Shown here: in pieces, positions 49,968 to 62,653 of the stretch | Layout of the letters: each line of letters begins with the position of its first letter | How positions within the stretch are numbered: the stretch's first letter is position 1 | Source: Lama guanicoe | Taxonomy: Eukaryota | Assembly (NCBI GenBank): GCA_013239625.1 | Contig: MU053561.1 | Coordinates: 4,571,214 to 4,635,213 of the forward strand | Direction: 5' to 3' | Length of the DNA stretch: 64,000 nt | Position numbers and translations under genes: made by a program | Notes under the pieces: generated by a model | Seen by the model: only the letters and a program-made list of their open reading frames with translations | Database searches by the model: none | Told to the model about the DNA's origin: nothing

Positions 49968-50329
49968 TGCTATTGACTAAATATTTGTGCCCCCTGCCAA
50001 ATTCATATTTTGAAACCTAATCCCCAAGATGGTGGTATTCGGAGGTGAGGCCTTTGGGATGTGGTTAGGTCATCAGGATGGAGTCCCCATGAATGGGATT
50101 AGTGACCTTATAAAAGACCCTGAAGAGCTCCCTCCCACCTTCTGCTATACGCAGACATAGTGAGAAGACCGCAGTCTGTAAACCAGGAAGCAGGTTTTCA
50201 CCAGACACCAAATCTGCTGACACCTTGGTCTTGGATTTGCCAGCCTCCAAAACTGAGAAATCAATGCTTGTTCTTTCATCTACCCAGTCTATGTTACTTC
50301 TGTTATAGCAGCCCAAATGGACTAAGACG
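49968..50329 (+). mobile_element. MaLR solo LTR (MLT1A-like)
   Basis: tgctattgactaaat..tgtgcccc...tgttatagcagcccaaatggactaagac. Confidence 0.85.
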
Positions 50330-50390
50330 CCTCTATACTTCTCAGTTTTTATATTAATTACCTTTCACATTTATTTACATGTTAGATAAT

Positions 50391-50841
50391 TACAGTAGGC
50401 TGAATAATGGCCCCCCAAAGGTGTCCAGGTCCTAATCCCTGGCACCTGTAAATGTGTTACTTTCCTTGGCAAAAGGAATTTTGTGGGTGTGATTAAGTTA
50501 TGGTTCTTGAGATGGGGATGTTATCCTGCATTATCTGGGTGGCCCAATATAATCACAAGAACCCTCATAGGAGGGAAGTAGGGGGTCAGAGAGGAGAGAC
50601 AATGCTAAACTGCTGGCTTTGAAGGTGAAGGAAGGGGACTATAAGCCAAAAAGTGTAAGTAGCTTTTTAAAACTGGAAAAGAAAAGGAAACAAATTGTCC
50701 ATAGAATGTTCTTCTCGCAAAGAAACTCAGTCTTGTAGATCAGTTTTAGACTTCTGACCTCCGGAACTATAAAATAATACATTTGTTTTGCATTAAGCTA
50801 AGTTTGTGGTGATTTGCTACAGCAGCAATAGAAACTAATAG
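50391..50841 (+). mobile_element. MaLR solo LTR (MLT1D-like)
   Basis: gtaggctgaataatggcccccc...gcagcaatagaaactaata. Confidence 0.8.
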
Positions 50842-51214
50842 TGAATAAAAACAATAACTGGTTAAAATGGAAAAAAAGTTGATTATAGACAATTAAGAAA
50901 TTGCAGGCAAAAAAGAAGAAAATGAAAATTATTCATAAGCCCAGTACTCGAAGATAGCCACTCTATGTGTCAGAAGGTACTATTTTTATTTAATGCCAGA
51001 AAAATATGTAGCCACAAACAGAAACCACATATTTCATTTAATTTCAATACAAATTTATTGGACACCATAGAATTGAAAATGAATAAGATCGGCTAATGGG
51101 ATACTTAGTAAACATTTATGAATAGATGTTTATATTTCTGTTTTACCCTGTTTTCTACCATAAGGACTAGCATTTATTACATTACATCCTCTTTGCTTCC
51201 TCCATCCTTAGAAT

Positions 51215-51770
51215 GTATTTCTGCATACTGGAACTATCTGCAAGTGACAGAAAGCTAATTAAAACTATCTTAAGCCGTAAAAGAATCTTTATTGGCTTAT
51301 TTAACTGGAAAGGACCGAGGTAGAGCCCACTGCAGGGTCAACTGAATCTCCAGGGATTCTATGTCATCCTAATTGTTTTTCCTGTCTTTTTTCTGTCTCT
51401 CCTCTTCTGGTCTTATTCTCTTCTACAGATAAGCTTCCTCTATACAACAGGAGCCAGAACCAAATCCAAGGCAGCTCCAGACTTACACCGTGCCACTTTA
51501 GCAGTGCCAGAGGAAAGCAAATGTATCAGTGTATATAATTCCAGAGAAGAGTTTCGGTTGACCTGGTCTGGATTCCATGTTCAGTCCTTGGACTCAGAGG
51601 TATGGCCAGCAGTTTGGAGTACTGTGATTGGCCAGGCTCAGGTCATGCACCTGTGGCCTTGGTGGTAGGGCACCATAGTCAGCAGCTGATTGGATTGGAC
51701 TGATAATTCCTCAGAGTAAAATGGGGATGGTGCTTCCACCACCAGAAGCAGAGAAAGAAGTTGGGAAGAT
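51215..51770 (-). mobile_element. Old MaLR LTR (MLT1J/K-like)
   Basis: tgcaagtgacagaaa...tttattggct..taactggaaag; ctgtgattggccaggctcaggtcatg. Confidence 0.6.
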
Positions 51771-54700
51771 AAAAATAACGTATCTGTTATACTTTGAATC
51801 TTTCCTAGATTAAAGGATAACCCCTTTGATTTAGCTGGCCCAGTATGATAAACCATTTGTGCCCACCTACTCCCCGTGATGTTTTTCTTTATAGAGAAAA
51901 ATGTAATAGACATGTTTTTATTATGGTATAACATTAGTAGTGGAGAATTTGAGATGTTTTTAGTGGTCTATTTTGTAGCTGAGGCTGGGAAATAGCCATA
52001 ACAGTCAACATCTCCTAACCTTGCTGTAGTGATTTGTTGAGAGATGAGGAATAAGTAATTTGTTATTAACAGTAGGTCAATATCTGAAGTTTTTAATAAC
52101 TGTCTTTTAAAGTATATTATACAAATTCAGGATTAACCCTATTATGCCTATCCGACTTGGTTGGATTCTTTCATTTTTTGAGAGGAAAAGGGATAAACTC
52201 AGCTTACCGTCTCAGTGACTTATTGTAGCAAGGACTACTACTTGTCCCTCTGATACATGTTTTCCCCTTCTATAATAGTAAAAGTTTTAGCTGGGCACAT
52301 GGATACTCAGCTAAAAACTAATTTTCCAATTTCCTATCCAATCAGGTGCACACACCATGTGACTAGGTTGTGTTCAGTGAGATAGGAACTGAAGTGATAT
52401 ATACAACTTGGAAGTCATGCTCTTAAATTTTCACATTTTATCAGCCAGGAATCTTACTCCTGGATACTGATGACTTATCCAACATCACACCATAAATAAC
52501 TGTCAAACTACATTAGGAGGAAGGGTGGAGTAAATACAAGGGAAAAGAATTCTGTGCTGATAATGATGTGAGCAATATGTTTAGTATTTATTCTACTTAA
52601 ATGATTAAATAGTCTGTCAATGCACAGTAGCAGGAAATTTCCATTTTAATGAGATTTGGATACAACATAGCAATTCATATTCATTAAAATGGGATTTTAT
52701 TGTACAATAAAAGCCATTAATATCAACCACAATGTTTTGAGTTACCTTCAGTTAAACTTTGGTTTTTCCCAAAGCTGATTTTATACCATCATTAAAAAAT
52801 TAATCACAAGAGACTGTCAAACCATTTGAAGAGAATAGAAGTACACTAGTAATATTAATTTATATACAATTTACTACAGATAAAAATGCCTTTTAAATGG
52901 GTATCAACATTTTTTATATCCAAATTTTGTTCATATGAGTATAAAATCTCACTCTGCAGAACCTAGAAATGAAATCAAATGTCTCATTATATTTCCAAAA
53001 GTAAAGAAAAATGCTTCAAATACAATAGGAGAAGTGTTAATACACTAATATCAAATTTTCTTTCTTTAGATCTTGAAAGTTTTTGGTCAAGTAGTGTAAG
53101 ACTACATAATTCAGGTCAGTGAAAAGCTCAGCTTTGTTTTCCCTCAGTCCCCTCTTTATCCTCTTTACTATACAATCAATTCTTTTAAAGGAAAGATGTG
53201 TACAGCTTAGAAAATAACTTTTCTTAAATTGAATTGTTAGTGACCATGTATGTTAAGCTTTTGCTTATAGCTATAATTAAATCTTAACCACTCTCTAAAA
53301 TTGGCCGTAAGAATATTGACTTTGCCACACTTAACGTACCTTTGCTTTATTTTATGTTTTGTATTTTTCACTAAAGTTGAAGGTCTTTCCTTCAATCCAC
53401 ATTCTGTTAGGCTCTCCTACTTTAATAGAGAAACTGCTTATTCCTTGTAGTATTCTTGTTTGACAATAGAGGGCACAAGTTCATTAAGCAGTGAAGTAAA
53501 TTACTTAAGGAGCAATTCATAATACCTGTCTGCTCTCCATTTCATGATTTAAGAAAATGGAGGTAATTAATTTACTCTGATGTTTCACGTATTGAAGGAA
53601 ACTTCTGTCTTTTTCAGAGATTAAATTTAATCTCAAATAGATGTCACTTTCATTGTTAAAAATACTAAGGGCACCTGACTCTCCAGGTTGTCAACTTGCC
53701 CTGCTAAACCATCAGATTAATACTTTGTAGATCTGCAAAGAAACAGTTCTACTTTATAGAGAATAGTAATTACTTTACCACCTTTAATCTCAATTTCTAA
53801 CAAAAAATATACAATAACATATATTGATGTATTCTAGTTATTACTGTTCTTTTGCATTAGTTTGTTCTATAGAAAAATGAAGTGATATTCTAAACTTTAA
53901 ATTTGAGTTCCTTTCTTTAGTTCCTTTTGGCTATCTAAAATGTTAAAATTTTAACTTCCATTGCTTCATTTGATATAGTTTATAGACTATTAGAAAGGAA
54001 TTAGAGAAGGAATATGTACTTTTAATAAATGTCATTCTACTTTAGATAGTATTTCTTAAATAACTAATACTTAAAATTGATTTCTTCCTTGTAATGTAAA
54101 AACTTCACTGTTAAATCATGTCTCCTAAAACATGATAGTCACACACAGTAAACAGTTCTCTTCTCTCTACACATAAATACCACCAATAAAATCGTTTTAT
54201 AAGTCTCTGAACTAATACTTAAATGGCACACATCCTCTACCAACTCTACAGTTTCAAATAAGGATTTGGTCATTGTAAAAGGTTAGTTTTAAAACTACAT
54301 AATGTGAATGTGGTGGAAAATGACACTTATGTTCATTAATTCTGTTTGTATAATAAATAGCACCTATCTTTGTTCTATTTATTGTCTTATGTTCTAGAGA
54401 ATTTTTCCTTCTTAAGCTGTATAACTAATGTGTATACAATAAATTAAAATGTTTATAAAAAAGGGAAAAAAGAAAAAGGCAATGATAGTATTCCAACAGC
54501 ACAGGAGAAACAGATTAGAAAAGTAGAAACCATAGTAACATAAAACAATGAAAATTGTAGCATAATTGTAGAATAACTCAATAAAATTTCATCATGGGTA
54601 ATAATACGAATTCCCAGTATTCTTCCAGGTTCACTGAATTTAATTGTAAAAAGGGACTTTAAAGAAGAACTAGGTATCTTCACATATCAGAACCTTCTTG

Positions 54701-55044
54701 TGGCACAAGATAGAATAATAAGATGAACACAGTTTTTATGTTAATACCAACTAATCAATTGTAATTGGCATAATTACTACTTTGCTATTTTTTCCTAGTA
54801 TTCATTATTGCTGAATACATAATTATAGCACAGGATATAATTTATTCTTTGGCAATATGTCAGTTGCAGACCCAGCGTTTTCAATAGATGTTTCCCTTTA
54901 CTGAATTTGTATGTATTATAAAGAGTACAGTGTAAGCCTATTTACTTCAGGGTTAAAAACTTGATAATTTCAGTGAGCACTGAATATTACGTTATGTCTA
55001 AACTACATCTATTCATCTTGTTGAGAAAAGGACATTTTGAAGAA

Positions 55045-55242
55045 CAAGAGTTCAGGATTTGCATATACTAACTACTATGTATAAAGTAGATAAACAACAA
55101 GTTTCTACTGTATAGCACAGGGAACTATATTCAATATCTTGTAGTAACCTATAGGGAAAGAGAATATGAAAAGGAATATATGTACAACTGAAATATTATG
55201 CTATATACCAGAAATTAACACAATATTGTAAACTGACAATAC

Positions 55243-55274
<32 letters not shown>

Positions 55275-55276
55275 AT
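55045..55276 (+). mobile_element. L1 3' end with (TAAA)n tail
   Basis: tactgtatagcacagggaactatattcaatatcttgt motif. Confidence 0.85.
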
Positions 55277-55354
55277 AGTAAAACAATCATCATAAGGACA
55301 AAAATGTAACGTGGGCCATCAGCAATATAGATGCCCAATCTCTCTATCCTTTTT

Positions 55355-55572
55355 CTTTCTTTTTTTTCAGATTTTATATTTTTTTCTTTGTATATATATG
55401 TATGTTTTGTTGAAGTATAGTCAGTTTACAATGTTGTGTCAGTTTCTGGTGTACAGCATGATGTTTCAGTCATCATATACATACATATATTCATTTTCAT
55501 ATTCTTTTTCATTATAGATTACTACAAGGTATTTGATATAGTTCCCTGTGCTATACAATAGAAACCTGTTGT
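55355..55572 (-). mobile_element. L1 3' end, antisense
   Basis: ttgaagtatagtcagtttacaatgttgtg...gttccctgtgctata. Confidence 0.85.
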
Positions 55573-56354
55573 TTCTCCATCCCTTTTCCACACGACTTCT
55601 TTCCCTCAAAATCTACCAGACCAATCATTGTCTTAGCAAGCTATTTTTCACAGGCCTTTGGCTATGGACACTTGGAGGCAACCATTCTAACAATGCTAAC
55701 CATTTTACCCCCTATTTTAGAAGGACAATGTTTTGTTGCCCATTTTTATTGTTTTAAATTTCTGAACTTCGTTCATGGTGCTTTTAAACTGAAGGACAGT
55801 AATGTACTTAGCTGAGAGCTATCTGGTAGTATAGTGTTTGGTGGTTTTTTAAAAAGTGACACTAAGCACAAAATATATAAAAGTAAGATATTTTGAACAA
55901 CTGCAAAAATAAATAAATAAAATGGCATCACAATTTCTTTGTGACCTGAAACAGCACTCTGTAAAATCTTCAACTATGGACTACTTCTGCAGAAAACCTG
56001 TGACCTGCAAGTGTATTACTATACAAGGCACCCAGCAATGTGCTCCATTAGCCAAGGGTATATCCTGCCAAGCCATGTTTACTACCAACTCAGTGTTTCC
56101 TTTTTATTGGTGTTCATTATTTATGCTTAGCTATTTGTAGCTATCCTCTCTACACAGACTGAACTGATGTATATTATCAAAAAAGATATGTGACCTTAGA
56201 TATTGCAGGTTTTATAAAAGGTACATCTTGGGGTTCTAAACTATGGATGACAAAATTTTTGCAGAAAATTCAAGCCAAAATTTCTACAAATTTTTCACAG
56301 TTAAACTGTTAAGTAGCATGGATGAAAAATCGAGTGAAAATATAATTATCATAG

Positions 56355-56785
56355 GTGTTGCAGTTTGGTTTCCCAGGGGGAAAAAAATCTGAGATGGAAA
56401 TTAGCATGCAAGAAGTTTATTAGGGAGAGTTCTTGGGATCAACACCTGAGAAAGGAGTGGGCGGGGGGGAAAGCTGAACAGTGATGCAGCTGCAAGAAGG
56501 GCCTTGAGCAATCCCTACTGGGAGATCTCGATCTGGGATTACACTTCTGAGCTTTTCTGGACTGGGGTGGGTTGGCTGGGCTTTGTAAATACCATCAACC
56601 AGTTATTGAATGTGGGCTGCTCCTGGTGACGGAGCATGGCATTGGGCAAGGGGCCTCTCTTGAGCCAAGGCAAGTTCCAGACAGGGACTTAGCTGAGAGC
56701 TGCCAGCTGGCTACTCTCCCAGAAGCTGGAGTGCTTTGGACCTCAAGGTGGGTGATTTGAGCAGCACACCCCAGCGTCCACCGTG
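56355..56785. mobile_element. ERVL LTR (LTR16-like)
   Basis: gcaagaagtttattagggagagttcttgggatcaacacctg motif. Confidence 0.6.
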
Positions 56786-57579
56786 CTGTGAAATTGACAG
56801 TGGGAAAAATTTACTAATAGCAGTAGACATTTTGTGCAGTAAAAATAGCTGAGATCAAATTACCTATGTCCTGTACCTTAAAAAATCACAATCCTGCCCA
56901 AGAATCTATGGGAGCTCTCTGCTCACTCCAAGTCAGTTCCAAACCCCATACTCTGTATAAGAACCACCATAATCTGACCTTATGCTTCCTACTAAAGCCC
57001 TGCTTCCCATGAATTCCCAAGTGAGATCTTCAAGTTCAGGCAGATAAGTGGACTCACATCTTTACTTCTGCCCACATTTTTCCTCTTCTCTATCTAAATC
57101 CAGCCCAATTCCACTCTCTCTATTAAGCTTCTATACATGTGTTATCTTACTCTCTTCTCTGAATTTGCATTGCACATGCTGTGCCACAAAATTCACCCCT
57201 TAATTATAAATGATCTCCATCCAGGGATGTTTGTGTGTGTGTGAGTGTGTGTGGTGGGGGGAAAGTGTAGGCTACGGTCCCCAGTAAAATAGCTCCTCCA
57301 GAGCAGGTTTTGTGCCTTGTATCATCCCATGCCATCTACCATGTTAGTGGGCGTATGATAGACATTGAATAGTTTCAGAGGTTTAGAGACAAAAGAGACT
57401 TTAGGGACCACTTAGTCCTATCTAATTTTACAGATGATTTAACAGAGGCTCCAAAAGATTAAGTTATAATCCTCCTCTGAACTCCCACATTACTTTGTAC
57501 CTCTTTTATAGTATTTATTGCTTTCTATTTTTTGTTAATTATGTTCCTGCCTGTTTTATCAGTCTTTATCTGTATTTTT

Positions 57580-58900
57580 AGAGGCTACTTCTCTTCTTCT
57601 GCCCATTGCTGGTGTTCCCTATGGCCCCGTTGGGTTGTTTTTTTTTCTGGGGCTTCCATTCTTACAGACTTCAATTGCCACCAAGAAATTGAATGACTCA
57701 TTAATCTGTATCTTTAGTCTGACTCTCCCCTCAAGCCGTCTTTAGACAATTCCACCTGCATGTTTTACAAGATTCTCATATTCAACTTGTTGTCCTTGAC
57801 ACCTCCATAATCCTTATATCCAACTGGCCACCCAATCCTATTCATTTACTTTGGAAATTTCACACTAGTTCTGATTTCCTCTGTATTCACTGCCATTTGT
57901 CATGAATTCAGGTCCTGTTCATCTCTGAATGATAGGAATAACCTGTTTCCTGTTCTCCTTGTAATCATTTTTTTCCTACTACTTCACCCTCAAAGCTGCT
58001 ACCAAAGTAATCTTCCCCCCAAAATTAACCTATAAGTCATTCCTTTCTTTAAAATTCTTTATTGGTTCTTTGTTACCTGTAATTAAGAGCTAAACTTCTT
58101 ACCATGGCTTACAAAGCTTTTCAGAGAGAGGCAGATACTGAGCCTAGTAGCTTTTTCCTCTCAGTGGAATATCTTCCCTACTTTGCTGCTGATAAATTTA
58201 TGCTCATCCTTGAAATTAAGTCAAACTTCCAGGAGTAAATTTTGATTGTCACCTGTAACGATGTGACCTCAGGCAAGTTAATTTATTCTTTGTGTCTGTT
58301 TCCCACGTGAAAAATATACACAACAATTGTTACCTATCTAAGAGGGTTGTTGTAAGGAATTCATAAATTAATGCACGTAAAGTGCATAGAACAGAACAGG
58401 GCACACATTAAGTTCTATTATTTCTAAATCTAAGACAAGTTATCTTTTAAGTCTCATCTGCCAATTCATTATCTGAATCCAATTCTTAAGCCATAATGAA
58501 ATTTTCATAATTCTCCAAACCTATCATTACATACCCTTTTACTATGTTATCCCTTTTCATATGCTTTTTCCTCTCACTGGAATATCTTCCCTACTTTGCT
58601 GCTGATAAATTTATGCTCATCCTTGAAGGAACAGGTAAGGGTCATAGCCTCCTTGCAGCCTTCCCTGCTGCCCTTCTACATGCAGCAGTTACATTCTTCT
58701 TTATCCGTTCTCTAAATTGTAGGCATACTTTTATAATTACTTTTCACATATTATGTTAGAACAGCATGTTTGCTTGTTAGTCCTCCCAGCAAGGATATGA
58801 GTTCCTACAGGCCATGTCTTAATTTTTGTTTTCCTGATGCCTGGTACCACACCTAATACATATTGGAGATTCAAAAACTGTCTATTAAAATGAAATATAT
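57580..58900 (+). mobile_element. Old L2 interrupted by a MIR (~58125-58410)
   Basis: L2 body/3' motifs; MIR core gatgtgacctcaggcaagttaatt. Confidence 0.6.
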
Positions 58901-59699
58901 ATATATATATATTTAAAAATTGAATAAAATTTTATAATGTTTTTGGCTAGGAAGACTAAAATAGAATGTAAATATATGAATTTTTCACAAAATCAATCTG
59001 TAATTTTAGTGTAGCTCTAAATCCAAATGCTAATTGGTTTGTGTTTGCTTGTTTGGTTATAATTTCATGACATGATTTCATGGTTTATCTAGAAGAATAA
59101 ATGTTTGAAAAGAGCCAGGTAACATCTGGCAAAGATGAATAATAGCTGGCTAGTCATACCAAATAACCAGATAATAAGTTCTTTTATAAAGCTATAGTAA
59201 TTCATGCATACTGGTATTGATGAAGAAATGGACCTAAGTCAGATCGAAGGAAAACACTGAAAGTAAGAAAATAGAATGAAATGTACATAAAGTTTAGTAT
59301 GCATTAAAAAATGTTTTTCAAATCAGTGGGGAAAGATAGATTACTCAAAATTGTAAGGCCATTTGGAAAAAATACATGTACTTCAATTTTGTCTTTACAC
59401 TTTATATAACCATAAATTCTAGATAAACTAAAAATTACAATGTGAAAAACAAAACCACTAAAGCACTAGAAGAAAGTATGGATGAAATGTTTTAATTGTT
59501 ATTATTGAAGTGTAGTTGACCTACAATACTATGTTAGTTCCAGCTGCACAATGTTGTGATTCGATACTTCTATATGTTACAAAATGATCACCATTATGGG
59601 TGAATTATTTTAGCTTCTTGGAATGATGAATGCTTTGTTAAAGTGTATCTGAAAATCCAGAAACCATAAAGGAAAATAGTAATAAACTCAACTATTTTA

Positions 59700-61800
59700 A
59701 AGCTTGGGGTATTTCAAATTAAAGTTATACTAATAGCTTTTAGACAAATAATTGTTATTTTAAAAATGTGTTAGTCCCTTAAATCATGTAGAAAACAGAA
59801 AGTGAACTTATAAACTGAAGTTACAATGATACTAGTTTTTATAATTGCCCATGTATTTACCTTTACTGACAACTTTATTTCTTCATACAGCTTCAAATTA
59901 CTGTCAACTGTCCGTTTATTTCAACCTGCAGGAATCCCTCTAGCATTTCTTACAGGGCAGGTTTAGTAATAACAAATTTCCTCATCTTTTTGTTTTTAAT
60001 CTGGTAACATTTTAACTTCTCCCTCACATTCAAAGTATAATTTTGCCAGGTATCAGATTCTTGGTTTACAGTTTTTCTTTTGGCATTTTGAATATATTGG
60101 CCCATTGCCTACTGGTCTCCAAAGTTTCTGATGAGAAATCTGCTAACAATCTTACTGAGGATCCTGTATATGGGACAAGTCACTTCTCATTTGCTGCTTT
60201 CAACATTCTTTCTTTATTGAAACGTTTTGACAGTTTGATTATAATGTATTTTAGTTTGGGTCGCTGAGCTTGGATTCATTGAGCTTCTTGGATGTTTATG
60301 TTTATGTCTTTCAAATTTGGGAAGCTTTGAGCTGTTATTTCTTCGAATAATATCTCTGCCCTCCTTCTCTCTCTTCTTCAGGGAGTCTCATGATGTTTAC
60401 ATTGGTCCTGTGTTCCAAAGGTCCCTTCAATTCTGTTCAGTTTTCTTCTTTTTCTTTCTGTTCCTCAGAGATGGTAATTTCCTTTGTCCTATCTTCAAAT
60501 TCTTTGATTCTCTTCTCTGACTAGTTAGATCTGCTATTGAATTCCTCTAGTGAATATTTCATTTATTTTATTGTAACTTTTGACTTCAGAATTTCTTTTT
60601 AGTTTCATTTTATGTTTTCTATCTCTTTATTGATATTTTTATTTTGTTCATACATTGTTTTCTTGACTTTATCCACATCTTCCTTTACTTATTTGAGCAT
60701 CTTTCAGACAGTTATTTTATTTTTTTTGGAGGGGGGAGGTAATTAAGTTTATTTATTTTTATTTATTTTTTAATGGAGGTACTGGGGATTGAACCTAGGA
60801 TGTGGTACATACTAAGCATGCATTCTACCACTAAGCTATACCCTTCCTCTTCCAGTCAGTTATTTTAAAGTCTTTGTCTAATAAGTCTGCCATTTGGTCT
60901 TTCTCAGGAACACTTTCTGTTGATTTATTTCCTTCCTTTCAATGGGCCATAATTTCCTGTTTCTTTATATGCCTTGTGATATTTTTACTATTGTTGTTGA
61001 AAACTGTACTTTTGAATCTAATAATGTGATAACTCTTGAAATCAGATTTTCCTTCTTCCCAGGGTTTGCTATTTCTTGTTTTTGTTTTCATTTTTTCTTT
61101 GATTTGATTATTGTAGATGTCTCTGTGCTAGGAATGAATCTGAGGTCTATCTAAATTTAGGGTCTTCTCAAGTCTTTTCTGAGCCTGCACCTTTCCCTGG
61201 GCATGCATGATGACTGTATAAATTCCTTTGTAGATGTGGTTGCTTTGGAATACCCTAGTCTTTAAATGTCTTTAAATGTCCTAATATGGTTCCCGAAGGG
61301 GAAAAAAATAGAAAAATAAGGAGTAAGGAAAAAAGACATCAGCCTGTTAAATCCCTTGTAAGTCACTTCAGGCAGAGCTGGAGAGGCTTGTAATAATGCG
61401 GGGCAGGGTGCAACAATGGCTGCACACCTCAGTGTGCACATCCATAATGAAGAGCAGCAATCATCGATCAGAGCACAGATCCCCCATATTTAGAGGACAA
61501 GGTCTTTGTTGCGCTCCTTGACTTCCACAAGCTGCATGCAAATTGCTCCTGACATGCAGGCACAGCTTCCTGGTCTGGGCCTAGGATGTAGGTAATGGAT
61601 AGCTGCTGCTAAGCGAAGAGTTTAAATTTACCAGAATTAACCACAATTTACTGTCCAAGCCTTTCCCTGGAAGTTGCAAGCCTTCCTACAGACTTCAGAG
61701 TTCGAAAACAGCTACACCAGATTTTGCCAGTACAGTTGTCTAGATGGGAAGACAGCTTTCTGGTGCTTTGTATTTCCCCATCTTCCCAGAATCCTCCTTC
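59700..61800 (-). mobile_element. Old L1 5'/ORF1 region
   Basis: Typical antisense L1M ORF1 sequence (ttggcccattgcctactggtctccaaagtttctgatgagaaatctgct). Confidence 0.75.
60720..60852 (-). mobile_element. Vic-1-like SINE with 15-bp TSD
   Basis: TSD cag(a/t)cagttatttta at 60705 and 60853. Confidence 0.9.
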
Positions 61801-62518
61801 TGATGCATTGCTTTTTCTTCTATCAGACTGGTCAATATAAAAATAATTAGTAATACTTGGTGTTGCAAATGATTTGCAGGAAAAGATACTTTCATAATGT
61901 TGAGCGTGAGGTTAAAACAAAAAGTACTATAAACTATTAAAGCCTTTTGAGAAAGCAATTTGATAATATCTATAAATTTTTTTTAATGTATGTACTTTTT
62001 GAGTCAAGAATTAACTCTACAGATGTATTTGCACAAGGACTGAAAAATACAAGCACAAAGTGTTCACAGAAGCATTGTTTGTAATAGTGAAAAAGTGGCA
62101 ATATCCTAAATGTGTGTTAATGATTAAGTAAATTATAGTACATTCATACTCTGAAATATATTACAACTGGTAAAAAATAATAAACATACAAAATATTTAG
62201 TAACTACAAAAGTAGTCCTTGACACTTTTAAAGAACACTGGTCTATTATTTTATAGACTATTTCTACAATTGGGACAATTATCTCAAAATTGTCTGATGT
62301 TTTCTTATAAATGTTGAGGTTCTGCATTATTTTAAAGGATACCACAAGGTGATGTCCCCTTCTCAGTGCATCATATTGGAAGAACAACATGATATTTCTG
62401 TATTTTACTGGTGATGTTAACCTTGATTATTTGTATCTGCCAGGATTCTCCACTATAAAGTATTTGTTTGACAAGAGAATAAAAACCTCTGGGGATAGAT
62501 CAAAAATATCTGGGAATT

Positions 62519-62653
62519 GGGGGTGGGCGGAGGGTATAGTTCAGTGGTAGAGTGTGTGCTTAGCATTCACAAGGTCCTGGGTTCAATCCCCAGTACCTCC
62601 ATTAAACAAACAAACAAACACAAACAAACCTAATCACCCCCCAAAATATTTTT
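62519..62653 (+). mobile_element. Vic-1-like SINE
   Basis: ggagggtatagttcagtggtagagtgtgtgcttagcattcacaaggtcctgggttcaatccccagtacctcc plus (AAAC)n tail. Confidence 0.9.

Larger units (their letters stand above)
52458..56103 (-). pseudogene. Decayed intron-containing gene with myosin-motor-like (MYO16/MYO3-like) remnants
   Basis: Six consecutive phase-compatible exons (53732-53526, 53416-53340, 53205-53052, 52962-52890, 52813-52746, 52507-52458) plus more degraded upstream pieces; motifs LGKTKV*LK, KERPSTL, SSSLKSLFTIKFSEPGRILG, VISIQ; in-frame stops and two damaged donors. Homology judged by eye only. Confidence 0.55.

Noticed and set aside
52019..52225. Further downstream exons of the myosin-like remnant (donor at 52207; segment ~52083-52019)
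   Set aside because: Splice-like signals exist, but the translations show no convincing motif and an LTR interrupts the region.
62525..62600. tRNA-Ala gene
   Set aside because: Multi-copy, degenerate stems and a shared non-tRNA tail mark it as a SINE.
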